From: a virus
Taxonomy: Duplodnaviria; Caudoviricetes
IMG/VR virus record: IMGVR_UViG_3300037067_006949
Span: 1-64,000 of that record
Direction: 5' to 3' (one strand)
Length of the DNA stretch: 64,000 nucleotides
Made by a program: the position numbers and the translations under genes. The notes beneath the pieces are model-generated. The model saw only the letters and a list, made by a program, of their open reading frames with translations. It was not told the DNA's origin and searched no databases. Of the stretch, positions 20,810-31,460 are shown piece after piece. Position 1 is the stretch's first letter. The number at the start of each line of letters is the position of its first letter.

Positions 20810-21262
20810 ATGGAGACTCATTTTTACGATGGTACACCAGAAAAGGTCAAACAGATTTTAGAATCTGAATTACATTCAGATAATCGCATTCGTGTATTCT
20901 TTGGGGATCAAGAAACTGGTAAAGATTGGGAAGAAGAACACGAAGTAATAGGTTATGTTGGCCGTTCAACTGGAACAAAACCAATTTTAATTCTCCTCAA
21001 TAACAATCGTTCAATGGGCGGCGGTGCAATTCTTACAAATTGCATTGTCAAGATAACAAAGAACGGCAGAGTTTTATATCAGCATCCTAATTATCATCAG
21101 AATAAACATTTTGTTGGCGATTCGGTCAATGAGGGCTATGCTGAAGCGGCATACCAGGAAAAAGAAGATGGTACAAAAGAAATGGTTGCGCAATTCAAGA
21201 AAATTGGTCAAGCTCAGCGATGGATTGATTTTATTGAAGGTAGACGTAACAATAGGAGGTAA
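20810..21262 (+). CDS. Phage hypothetical protein
   Basis: RIRVFFGD.ETG.DW.EE..V.GYVGRSTG, a motif I recognise from phage early proteins; AGGAG RBS. Confidence 0.7.
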   Translation: METHFYDGTPEKVKQILESELHSDNRIRVFFGDQETGKDWEEEHEVIGYVGRSTGTKPILILLNNNRSMGGGAILTNCIVKITKNGRVLYQHPNYHQNKHFVGDSVNEGYAEAAYQEKEDGTKEMVAQFKKIGQAQRWIDFIEGRRNNRR

Positions 21263-24200
21263 TAAAATGATTGAAAACAATACTAATAACTTGGTTGGAT
21301 TGAAAAATTACTGCATCCGATATTTTAAGGGAGACGAATTAGTTGAAGTGCTAGAAGAGGAAGAATACGACGATCAGAAATTTACGCGGTATGGAAAACG
21401 CAATGGTTATAATTCCATGGTTGTTGAGAAAAGTGAGATTATTGCCGACAAGAAGCTATAACAGATTTGAATTCAAGAATATCTGGAGGCAAAATGAAAA
21501 TTGAAACTAAAAAAATTGTATTGACTGGTAAAGTAGAAAAGGATGATTATAACGATTATTTGTATAAGATAGGTTATGATGCAATTAATGATGTTCTATA
21601 TGAATTCAAACATAAAAATGTCAAAATTACTATTGAGGAGATTAACGAAAATGAAAACTAGAAATACTGTTATTTACTTCGATGGTGGCGAAGACTATAA
21701 AGGTCAATTTGAATTAACTGCATCCATGCGTAAACAATGGCATGAAAAAGCATTTGAAGATGGGCATAATGGGTATTTATCTGGTTATAGATATTTTGAT
21801 AACAAGTCTGACTCTGTATTGGTTTATTTCAAAACAAAACCGTCAGAAGATGAGATTGATAAAAGACGTAGAAATGGTTTTAAAAATGCAAGATGGACAT
21901 ATTTGTATACGGTAAAAAGAGATGAGAATAAACTTGTCCTTAACATTACAGAAAGGTTTAATAACGCAGATGATATGGTTGACGCGGTTCGTCATATTGC
22001 GAATTTGATTGAAGAAGGTTATATTTGCGGTTATGATCCTGATTGGTCGATCAAATAAGGAGGCTAGAAATGAAAAAACTTAAATTATTTTCTCAAAACA
22101 CGGTAGAGCTTGACATTCAAGAGGAAGTAAAAAAGGTTGGCGATCCTGAAGAACAAGTTGATATATTTTTGTTCTTCATATATCGTAGTCTTCCGGCTAC
22201 TACATTTGAGGCATTGGCAAAAAGACTTGAAATTGGAGAGAATAGACTAATCCAAATTTGCGAAAAGGCATTTTTTAAGGAGGCATAGATCATGGTTACT
22301 GTAATGAACCTTGCTACTCAAGAAAAGAAATTTTATACATGCGATCCAAAAGAGGCCGTAATTGCTTGTTATGCTCAATCTATGAAGGATTATAACACAT
22401 GGGATTATGAAAAAAGGTATGGCTATCTTGTGGAAGAAGGCGCGATTACATGGTTGTGCGGAGACTTTTGTGTGTATAAAGATGGGAGGAAATTCTAATA
22501 TGTTTGAAATTATTGATGGTTGGCTTACAAAAGACGGAGAAAAGGTTAACGCAGAACATGTTATGATTGAAAGAGAACACGAAGCTGGAAGGGCATACTT
22601 TCATAACCCTGAATCAATCAGAAATTTGGCTACTATTGATATGTTTCTATATCAATGCATGATAACACATTCAACCATGCGCGAACGCAAGTCATAACTT
22701 AAAACAAGAATTTCATGTAATAATAGGAGAACAAAATGGGAAAATTCGTTAACACAGTACAATTTGTAGAGGATAAAGAATATAACAGTCAATTGGATTT
22801 TGATATGGATGTTCTTTCGTCTGCCGTTGTTTATATGCAAGATTATTATAAAAATATTTTTGAAGGATTAGATGATATGATTAGGGCATGTAACGAAGCG
22901 CAAAAACGAAAAGATTTATCTGAGTAATAACAAAACATAATAAAACAACGATTTTAAGCATAACAGGAGGATCAGAATGGATAACGTAAAAAGGTTTAAC
23001 ACGATGACTAATATAGGTCATGCAAAATATGTGGTCAATTACCATGATGGAATTAAAAAGCATACAGATGGAAGTGACTTTTTTGATATTGATATATTCA
23101 AGAACAAAAAGAAATTCAATGAATTTGTTCAATCATTAATAAATGATGGATACATTGAAGCAAAAATGGATATATATCTATAACAGGAGGATGAAAATGA
23201 AATGCATACTTGCAAGGGCTAGTTTGTTTTTCACAGAAAATTTTACAGAAGGTATTCAACAAATGATAGAAGATGGAGAATTGGAGTCTGAAGAAGATAT
23301 AAAAAATTGCATCAGAGATTATCTAATAGAAGACTTAGAAACTCATGTTGTCGATGGGCATAACAGTTTACTAAATAAGTTTATCACCTTCGATATTGAA
23401 ATAGAAGAGGAATAAAAATGATTACAAAATATGCCCTGTATGATAAGGTCAAGAAATCCTACATAGAATTTATGGCAACCGCAAATGAAGATGCGTATGA
23501 AAGTGTTGGCGTATCATTTTCATTATGGAATGGGGAAGATCAAATTTGGTTGGCAAATACATATGAAAGGGCTGATTACGTAAGAAAACATTCAACGGAA
23601 TGGTATAACGCAGATTACAATACGCCGGAACATAAATTGAATGCCAACGATATTGAGATCAGAAAAGTTGTTTTCGAATAACAGAAAGGACAACGGAGAT
23701 GAGACAATCAGAATTGACTTGGCGTGAAGTTTTTGACGGTTATAAAGCTCATGTATATGATGTAAAGGACATGTTAAAGTTATTGAAAACTACGGATTAT
23801 ATATATTTCAATTGGAATGGTGAAATACTTGAAGCCGTTGATGATTATGAGGATTATAAAGAAACGGGTCTAAGGGTTGAAAATTTGGGAGGCATAAAAT
23901 GAAAAAAATGTATGTTGATGTAACCGTTAGGCTAATTTTGAACGTCAATGATGATGATGCAGAATTATCAGAAATTATAAACGAATTAGATTATGACTTT
24001 AATTATCCAGTTACAACTGGATATAGAGGCGTAGAAATTGAGGACTCGTATATTGACGATTTTGAACAGGTTGAAGTCAAATAAAACATTGATTTTATGT
24101 GAGAATTGGAGGAAATGATGAAATGTAAACATCCTAAAAATGGAATTTTTTATCGTTGGGTTACAATGTATGGATTGCCAATTAGTTTTCTAGCTGGTGC

Positions 24201-24623
24201 AGATCAAGTAAAGAAAGAGTATACTTGTATGCAATGTGGTAAGACGTTTATTAAAACACCAAGTTGCATAGAATCATAATTTTAAGTAAATTGCCTATTG
24301 ACAAAGTTTTATATCGTGATATACTTAAAGAAGAAAAGGAGACGAAAATGACAATCTATAAAATCAGATCATGGTCATGGCGCGTAGATAGAAAGGGCAA
24401 TATGGTTGATCAAGATAGCAATGAGGATGTTGTTATTGATAACCTGGACTTCGCACAATCTATTTATAAAAGTCATTTGAACAGAGTTAAATATTCAGCA
24501 CAATTTTCAAAATACCATGGCAGATGCCAGTTGTTTATTCCTCATATTCATGAGGACGGATTGTTGGCTTATTTTCCTGATAATGATGAATACATTGAAG
24601 AATTTGCATTTGATAATTGATCA

Positions 24624-24652
24624 TTGACAACCTATGATTATTGTGGTACAAT
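24624..24652 (+). promoter_or_regulatory. Sigma70-type promoter
   Basis: TTGACA-17-TACAAT with TGTGG; a similar promoter lies at 24298. Confidence 0.7.
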
Positions 24653-24880
24653 TATACTATAACCCAAACAAAAGGAGATCAAATGAGAATGTTCAATAGT
24701 GTACCAAGCAGCGCTACTAACAACTTGACTCACGTTACTGATATAGTAGAGGTTGATAATTTGAACGAATTCTTTGAAGCAAATTTTGGCGAGTATTATG
24801 TAATGCTAAACAATAACAAATATGAGAAAGTAATTGGTGTACGCAAGAACAGAACGTTCAAAGTTATGTAGGAGGATAAA

Positions 24881-25071
24881 ATGAAAAAACATTTGAAATC
24901 TATTGGTATGGTACAATTGGTGGTGTATCTACTGTTGAGGCAGAAACAATTGAAGAAGCAATCGCAATTGCAAAAAGTGATGATTACGCAGAGCCAATTG
25001 ATAATTTAGATTATCCTGAAGATTGGCAAGTTGATGAAGATTTTACAAAAACAATGGAAAAAGAAAAATAA
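24881..25071 (+). pseudogene. Small gene frameshifted at an A6 tract after the start codon
   Basis: GGAGG-ATG AAAAAA C; one extra A gives MKKTFEIYWYG...TMEKEK*. Confidence 0.5.
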
Positions 25072-26707
25072 AAAATGGAGTAAAATTATGACAGACATGT
25101 ATAGCTTGCCTCCAGAACGTGCAAGAAACGAATATTGGTTAAATCAAGATAAGATTCCTATGGATACTCAAGAAAGGCTTCAGAGGCATAACGCTGATTG
25201 TATATTGGCACTAGCAGAAGAGGTCAAAAAATTGAGAGAAATAGTAGAAGACCTGAATGATCAAAAAAACCTTGATTTTATGACAAAACTTTATAACATT
25301 GAATAAAAATCAATAAAATCTATCTTTTATGAATAACAGAAAGGAACAACAGAATGGCATACAAATTTGATAATGCTCACGAATGGTTAGATTATGCGAT
25401 AAAAGAAGAAAAAATTGGATTGGGAGAGCTATTGAATTTTATCCATGATCTTGCGGATAACGATGATATTCAAAATTATTTTGGTGAGGAAATGGATGAA
25501 GATGGATATTTTGACGAAGGTTAATTCAATAAAATGAGACTTTTAAGCGAAGGAGAATAATCTTGAAAAAAAATAAATATTTGTTCGCAATCATAGCTGT
25601 GGTAGCGGTGGCATTGGGTGGCTTGACTGGATATGCAATGGCAAGTACATATGGGGTTTGGGGATTGCTTATAACAATTCCAGTATCGTATTCTATGGGA
25701 TCAGGAATATCCTATATCGTCTTAGAAAGGTTTGCAAAGGATTAATATGGTCGCTTGCTGTGTTTCGGATCAATTCTGTATTGCTCAGGCTAATTTAAAG
25801 CCACTGAGACACGCTAGGGGCGTCTGCTTTGCTTGTGGAGAGTCAGTTTGCTCTAAATGCTCTAGCAAACGTAAATATTATATTTATGGCGTAGTAAGGC
25901 TTTGCAACAATTGTCAGGTGGCTTATGATGGCAATGACAAGATAGTTATGAATAGAATGCGAAAAATGGCTGGATATTAAGGATAAAAATGAATACTAAA
26001 AAATATAAAAGAATTGCAGAAAAGCTTGGAATTTACAATGGACATGAATTCACAATTGCGGTAAATGCAATTCAGTCGGCAGAAAATGGCGAAATTAATA
26101 AACTCGTAGCCAGTAGGACGCATTATTCTTTTATTTTATGTACGATGTCGGAAAATAATATCACTGCTGGAGAATATCTTACCATTCGTGGCTTGTGGGA
26201 TTTGGTTGATTGATCGCATAAAATAAGAGTTTTATGCAGTAGGAGGGATTATGAAAAGTAAGGAATTTAAAGATTTAGAAAAAAGTGCTAAAAAAATCCA
26301 TTCAATCTGGTGGAATTTCTGTAAACATATGACCAAGTGGTATTATAAAGAGGTTGATGAATACAGGTACGATAAAGATGAATTTGGACAACCTACTGGT
26401 AAAAAAGTTAAAGAGTTTGATGTCACACAAATGGCAGGATATGATTGCATGTGCAGGGTTCAAAAATACGCAGAAAAGCATCCTGAAATAGTCGTCGTTG
26501 GTGTTGACGATGAATTATATGCCGGATCATACCTTGTTCTAATTCCTCATCCTACCCATGGAATTACTATGATATTTATTCCGCAATGCACGACAATCAA
26601 CAATCAATGGTTTTTGTATCCTAGTTATTTAAAGGGATTGCAAACCGCCTTGGAAGAAATGAAGAAAAAATATTCAAATTTTGATATGAAATTGATCTAA
26701 AAAACGC

Positions 26708-26736
26708 TTGACAAGATTGAATTGATGTGCTATACT
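26708..26736 (+). promoter_or_regulatory. Sigma70-type promoter
   Basis: TTGACA-17-TATACT. Confidence 0.7.
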
Positions 26737-27141
26737 TATATTATAGAAAAGGAGATAATCATATGATAGAAAAAGGTCGTTATGCCAATTTTGAAATCTT
26801 ATCTGGCGGAGATTTGAAGATTACCTTGAATAAAGATGGCAAAAAAGAATTCAAGCTCCTATATAAAGAATCCAAAGAGTCAATGAATGATTATGATATG
26901 CTTCGTGAAATTGTCGATGATTTTTTTGGCAACGGATGGACTTGGCTTGCACCAGAACAAGTTGGGGCGTTGACTGACGCGCCTATTCTTTCTAATGACG
27001 CCTTTTATAACGACGATGGTATTATGGAAGTTAAGGGTGATGTTTGGTGGTATCCTAATTACGCTGTAATTGATTTGGCAAAAGAGTTGATTGATTCTGG
27101 AGAATTGATATTTACAAAAGCCGAAGAATGGGAGGATTAAA

Positions 27142-27309
27142 ATGAACATTTATTTGCCATCAGATACACGGATCAGCGACATCGTAGACGTTATGGGCAT
27201 TCTAACTGGAAACGCAAAACATAAAGAGCCTCTTAGCGGTGACGGTAACGGTGGACGGCGAGAATATTGGCATGGTTTCTTGACCGACGGAAAGCTGGTG
27301 ACGGTATGA
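27142..27309 (+). CDS. Chimeric 55-aa ORF: N-half of a resident gene fused to a DUF6527-like C-terminus (WHGFLTDGKLVTV)
   Basis: Manual translation; GGAGG RBS; junction at GCGGTGACGG 27236-27245. Confidence 0.65.
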   Translation: MNIYLPSDTRISDIVDVMGILTGNAKHKEPLSGDGNGGRREYWHGFLTDGKLVTV

Positions 27310-27355
27310 GCGATTATGAAAATAGAATCATGATGCATCATGAGGATGGATTCAA

Positions 27356-27688
27356 ATGAAAAAAATGCTGAAATGGATGAAGAATCATTTCCCGATTCGG
27401 ATCAAGATTCAAATACTCAGGCCGTTCGCTGACGATTGCGATACTTATATCGCGTATGATTCTGAGGATGCAAAAAAGGCCTATGCGGAATCCGTGGACG
27501 AGCCCAGAGATCCAGAATTAGATCCACTTGAGCCGATCTCGCTTAATTCCAAACTGACCATTTTCTCTGAGGATCTAGATGGTCCTTGGCCGCTATTTTC
27601 AACAATCAAGGATCATACGGTCACAGCGCCGGCCTGGGCGTGGGCGTTGTGGAACGGCAGGGGTTTCCTGTGCTCGACCGAGTATTGA
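27356..27688 (+). CDS. Hypothetical protein inside the insertion (C-terminal CSTEY)
   Basis: 110-aa ORF; GC-richer codon usage. Confidence 0.65.
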   Translation: MKKMLKWMKNHFPIRIKIQILRPFADDCDTYIAYDSEDAKKAYAESVDEPRDPELDPLEPISLNSKLTIFSEDLDGPWPLFSTIKDHTVTAPAWAWALWNGRGFLCSTEY

Positions 27689-27711
27689 GGAGGTGGAAAA
27701 GGGAAAAAGTC

Positions 27712-27927
27712 ATGAACTGGGAACTAAATGCGTTGAAATTATTGGCAAAAAATCAGACTGTTCCAGGAGTCGCTTTACGAGATGCAATTACAGAAATTGA
27801 AAGACTCCAGAGTTACTTAAAGGTCATTGAAAACGAGGCACCAAATAGGAACGCTGATTGGTGCAGAAGAATTGCCAAAGAAGGATTAGTGGGAAACCAG
27901 GTGAAAAATGCTTCGAAAGAATCTTGA
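27712..27927 (+). CDS. Hypothetical protein inside the insertion (MNWELNALK...)
   Basis: Purine-rich RBS region upstream; coiled-coil-like. Confidence 0.55.
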   Translation: MNWELNALKLLAKNQTVPGVALRDAITEIERLQSYLKVIENEAPNRNADWCRRIAKEGLVGNQVKNASKES

Positions 27928-28567
27928 TGATCTTGAAACAAACGGGCTTGTGGGTGACTGGTCTTTTCTTGAAAACAAAGACGGTCTGCATATTTTCCTT
28001 CGCCATCCGCGAAAAGAACAAGAAATTTTTGGGGATGAAGCACGTGGTGAAATAGTGCATCTGCCTATCAGAATTGGTGAGAGTATTGCATCGGTTTGCT
28101 GGGGATGGAACGGAAACCGAGAGGCACCGACTATCACTCCGTCCATCCTAATTTTTGGCGGTGACGGATGGTTCTGCTCTGTTGATAATGTTAGCGGTCA
28201 TGACTCCATTGATATTAACGATGAGCCAATCAAGAATAAAAATATTTATTTGATGAGCTATAACGGCGTTCCGTCTATGCTAACCATTGTAATTCCAAGG
28301 AGCAATATTGACCGCTTTTCTCACGAATGTTCGTATCACTTTGAAGGCACAAATGGCGCAAGAGAAATTTTATGCAATGAAAGTGAGTTTTGGATTAAGG
28401 TGGGAAAGGCTTTGGTTAATTTTTTTGGTGGAAAAATTGAGTTTGATGATCCTAGAGAAGAAGATATCAAGGTAAAGAAACCACGTAGATCAAATTCTCC
28501 AGAAGATAACAAACCTTGGCAAGATTTTCAACAAGCAATGTTTGATTTACAACCTTTGAAAAAATAA
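27908..28567 (+). CDS. Chimeric ORF: DUF6527-like N-half (WGWNGNREAPTITPSI) fused to the C-half of the resident gene
   Basis: Composition and sequence change at GGDG (28158-28167). Confidence 0.7.
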   Translation: MLRKNLDDLETNGLVGDWSFLENKDGLHIFLRHPRKEQEIFGDEARGEIVHLPIRIGESIASVCWGWNGNREAPTITPSILIFGGDGWFCSVDNVSGHDSIDINDEPIKNKNIYLMSYNGVPSMLTIVIPRSNIDRFSHECSYHFEGTNGAREILCNESEFWIKVGKALVNFFGGKIEFDDPREEDIKVKKPRRSNSPEDNKPWQDFQQAMFDLQPLKK

Positions 28568-28860
28568 TAACATAAAATTAGTCTTTTATGCAAAAGGAGA
28601 ACACCATGGATTTTTACTATGTCGAATTAGATGATTATCAAGATAAAGATTACCATATTATTTCATATGGAGGTATGGTAGGGACTGGCGATCATTTGAA
28701 TGAGATGCTTGATACTAATGGAATTATAAAAGAAATATCTCAAGAAGAATATGCAATGATAATGTCTTGCCATGGAAATATATCTAAAGGCATCAGAGCA
28801 TTACATGAACCACAAAAGAAAATTGATAATTTTATAAAAACTGAGAAGGGAAAATAAAAT

Positions 28861-29136
28861 ATGCCTAAGCATCCAGAAATTAACGTTGAACTAGCAGGTC
28901 AGGACGGTAATGCCTTTTCAATCTTGGGTAGGGTAGCTCACGCTATGCGTAGGGCTGGTCTTAGCGATGAAGAAATTGCACAATTTCATGACGAAGCAAC
29001 AAGCGGTGATTATGATAACCTATTGATAACCGTTATGGAATGGGTGAACACAGATAGTGAAGATGATGAAGAAGACGAAGAAGATTGGTATGATGACGAA
29101 GAAGATGAAGAAGAACAGGACGAAGTAGAAAGTTAA
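28861..29136 (+). CDS. Phage hypothetical protein with acidic tail
   Basis: V.L.GQDGNAF.ILG.V..AMRRAG...F..EA.SGDYD.LL motif. Confidence 0.75.
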   Translation: MPKHPEINVELAGQDGNAFSILGRVAHAMRRAGLSDEEIAQFHDEATSGDYDNLLITVMEWVNTDSEDDEEDEEDWYDDEEDEEEQDEVES

Positions 29137-29618
29137 CATAAAATCAGTATTTTATATGAGGATGCTATGAAGAAAATTAGAAAAGCATATTGTAAATATT
29201 GTGGTTGCAACGTTCATTTGTTCAAAATGAATGGGTGGCGGTTTGTTCCCCATGGGGATTCTCTAGGTGTTTGTGCAAACGCCGGATATAAAGTTGAAAA
29301 TAAAAACATTATTCTGAAATAATAAGGAGAAAATAAATTGGATAACCTTGAATTGCGTAAAGATAGCGATAACAAATGGTTTGTTTTTGATAACAAAAAT
29401 AATAGGGTAGTTACAGGTCATATTCCCAATAAGGAAGTTGCATTGGAGTGGCTAAAGAAATTAGAGAACGTTCCTGATCATGTTTCCAAAAGAGAAAAAA
29501 GAGAACGCAATCCATTGTCTCGTAATGCTCAGATTCGCGCTGATCGCGCCGATAAAATGGGGATTACTATTGAAGAATATAACTTGAGGGCTGGAAACTC
29601 TCACTAAAGGATCATACG

Positions 29619-29924
29619 ATGATAAAAACAATTGATATATCTCGTCCTATCAAAACTACGGTTTGGCTGATATTGTTGGGGCAAATCATAGATGCGCTCA
29701 CTACTGCCGTTGGGTTGTCTATTGGTGGTGAAGAAATGAATCCCCTGGTTTACCAGTTAGGGTGGGGATGGGTTATAACAATAAAGGTTCTTGTCGTTCT
29801 GTTTTCTATGTTCGCGGTTCAATATATTTTTAGCAAAAAGTGGATGGAATGGGCAATTGTTATTTCATCATGCATGATTGTACCATGGAACTTGCTCAAT
29901 CTCGCATTATTGATTGTAGGCTAG
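29619..29924 (+). CDS. DUF5658-like membrane protein
   Basis: D.LTT..GL..GG.E.NP; three hydrophobic segments. Confidence 0.65.
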   Translation: MIKTIDISRPIKTTVWLILLGQIIDALTTAVGLSIGGEEMNPLVYQLGWGWVITIKVLVVLFSMFAVQYIFSKKWMEWAIVISSCMIVPWNLLNLALLIVG

Positions 29925-29930
29925 GTAATT

Positions 29931-30003
29931 GCCCTTGTAGCTCAATTGGATGAGTGCTCGCCCTCTAAGCGAAGGGATATAGGTTCAAGCCCTATCAGGG
30001 GCA
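29931..30003 (+). tRNA. tRNA-Arg(TCT), atypical (C33, one anticodon-stem mismatch, no CCA)
   Basis: GCCCTTG/CAGGGGC acceptor; TAGCTCAATTGG D-arm; GGTTCAAGCCC T-arm; loop CCTCTAA. Confidence 0.75.
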
Positions 30004-30041
30004 CTATTGCAAAAAAAATAAAAATAAAAAGGAGATATAAA

Positions 30042-30272
30042 ATGTCTAAATTTCAGAAAATTTTGGTTGTGCTGTTGGTTATTGTTGGTCTTGCTGGAAT
30101 TGGTGTCGGGACAAATATGTACATTCAATCCAGACTTGATACGACAACCGTAACAAAAGTTTTTGCTGATATTAATGGCGATGGTAAACTTGATCTAATT
30201 GTCAGAGCGGATGTTATTTTCAACGCCAGTGATCAAGAAAATTTATCAGTAAGCCAGTTGAGCAAACCATAA
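30042..30272 (+). CDS. Membrane-anchored protein with DxNGDG Ca-binding-like motif (0-frame product)
   Basis: AGGAG RBS; N-terminal TM helix; DINGDGKLD. Confidence 0.7.
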   Translation: MSKFQKILVVLLVIVGLAGIGVGTNMYIQSRLDTTTVTKVFADINGDGKLDLIVRADVIFNASDQENLSVSQLSKP

Positions 30273-30634
30273 CAGAACCTATTGCTCAGATACAAGAACA
30301 GGATAGTTCAACTGGCAAACAAATACTAGTCCGCATGTCGCACTATAATCCTGCGCTTGGTGGCGTGAACTGCGCAAATTTCGTAAACGGCGAATGTATC
30401 AGTCACTTAGCGGGCGGTGGAAGATGGCAAGATTACATGAATAAGAATGTAATTGCCTGTCCTCAAGAGTTAAACTTTGGCACTAAAATAATAATTGACG
30501 AAAAGACGTATGAATGTCGTGATCGTGGTGGCGCAATTGTTTATGACGGTAATGCATATTGGGTCGATGTCCTAACAGACGTGCCGGAATATCGTTATGG
30601 GGAGGTTGTCAAAGCCTTATTAGTTGAACCATGA
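30233..30634 (+). CDS. 3D/RlpA-like double-psi beta-barrel cell-wall enzyme domain, probably a -1 frameshift extension of the upstream ORF
   Basis: IACP....FGTKI.I....Y.C.DRGGAI.......VDV; frame open from 30233; slippery A AAT TTA at 30239. Confidence 0.65.
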   Translation, partial: SRKFISKPVEQTITEPIAQIQEQDSSTGKQILVRMSHYNPALGGVNCANFVNGECISHLAGGGRWQDYMNKNVIACPQELNFGTKIIIDEKTYECRDRGGAIVYDGNAYWVDVLTDVPEYRYGEVVKALLVEP

Positions 30635-30734
30635 GAGGAATATATGTTCTTTCTATTGTTAGCGGTTGCTAGTTTGATTCTGTTTTTTAGAAAATAATCG
30701 AGAATAAAATGATGATTTTAAGTATGGAGGTATA

Positions 30735-31091
30735 ATGGCTAAATGTGCGCGATGTGGTAGAAAAATAACAAGTCAAGAATCAATTTATCGTGGTCTTGGG
30801 GGGGAATGTTTTCGTAAAAGTATTATTTCTAAACCAGTTAAGAACTGGAGACGTGCCGTTCAAAATTCTGCCAATTTGCAAAATGGAATCGAAATTAGAG
30901 TTGGCAATCAATTGTATTCGGCAGATGATATAAAGAACGGAAAAATATCTAAAAAATGGCTTATTAAGAACAAGTTTATTGTGGGGGATAACGATGTGAG
31001 TAATGAAATGCTGGATGAAATATTTATAAATCCAGACCAATTCTTTAATGGAGGGAATAATGCCGAAGAAACAAAGTCAGGACATGAATGA
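30735..31091 (+). CDS. DUF6011-like zinc-finger protein
   Basis: CARCGRKIT..ESI.RGLG.EC. Confidence 0.7.
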   Translation: MAKCARCGRKITSQESIYRGLGGECFRKSIISKPVKNWRRAVQNSANLQNGIEIRVGNQLYSADDIKNGKISKKWLIKNKFIVGDNDVSNEMLDEIFINPDQFFNGGNNAEETKSGHE

Positions 31092-31271
31092 GGGGGATGT
31101 AAAGAAAATGTTACGTGAATACGGGGTGAAAAGTGAAGACGAATTACTTGAAAAATTAGACGAAACATGGAATAAATCATTTTGTACCAGGTGCGGAAAA
31201 GAATTAGATTTGACAACATGTATGTATGAAGATGGCGATCCAGTTTGTTTTGGTCGGTGCAGAGGATAATA

Positions 31272-31460
31272 ATGCCTATTTATGAGTATGAATGCCAAAA
31301 ATGCAAGACAAAATTTGAAATGAGTGGTACATTTGAAATGTTGATTTCCCTGAAGCCCCAATGCCCAAATTGTAAGGGGAATAAGGTGAAGAAATTGATT
31401 TCGATTCCTTTTGTCCATTATAACGGAAAAGGTTTTTACAATACAGACAAGGATGGATAA
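31272..31460 (+). CDS. FmdB-family zinc-ribbon regulatory protein
   Basis: MPIYEYEC..C...FE...CP.C....VKKLIS....Y.G.GFY.TD. Confidence 0.85.
   Translation: MPIYEYECQKCKTKFEMSGTFEMLISLKPQCPNCKGNKVKKLISIPFVHYNGKGFYNTDKDG

Larger units (their letters stand above)
14458..27140 (+). other. Early/accessory region: about 45 small co-oriented hypothetical genes (45-190 aa)
   Basis: Tightly packed plus-strand ORFs with GGAG/GGAGG RBSs; no recognisable catalytic motifs. Confidence 0.8.
27236..28167 (+). mobile_element. 922-bp higher-GC insertion bounded by the 10-bp direct repeat GCGGTGACGG, circularly permuted
   Basis: Repeat at 27236-27245 and 28158-28167 in the same codon phase; halves of one gene lie in reversed order at the two ends. 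Confidence 0.7.

Noticed and set aside
29931-30003. Amber suppressor tRNA (CTA) or a recoded genome
   Set aside because: The anticodon stem pairs only with TCT centred in the loop; TAG and TGA end many genes normally and long genes are uninterrupted in code 11.
29946-30041. N-terminal extension of ORF 29946-30272, and ORF 57114-57317
   Set aside because: They overlap tRNA or tRNA-like genes; the RBS-supported start is 30042.
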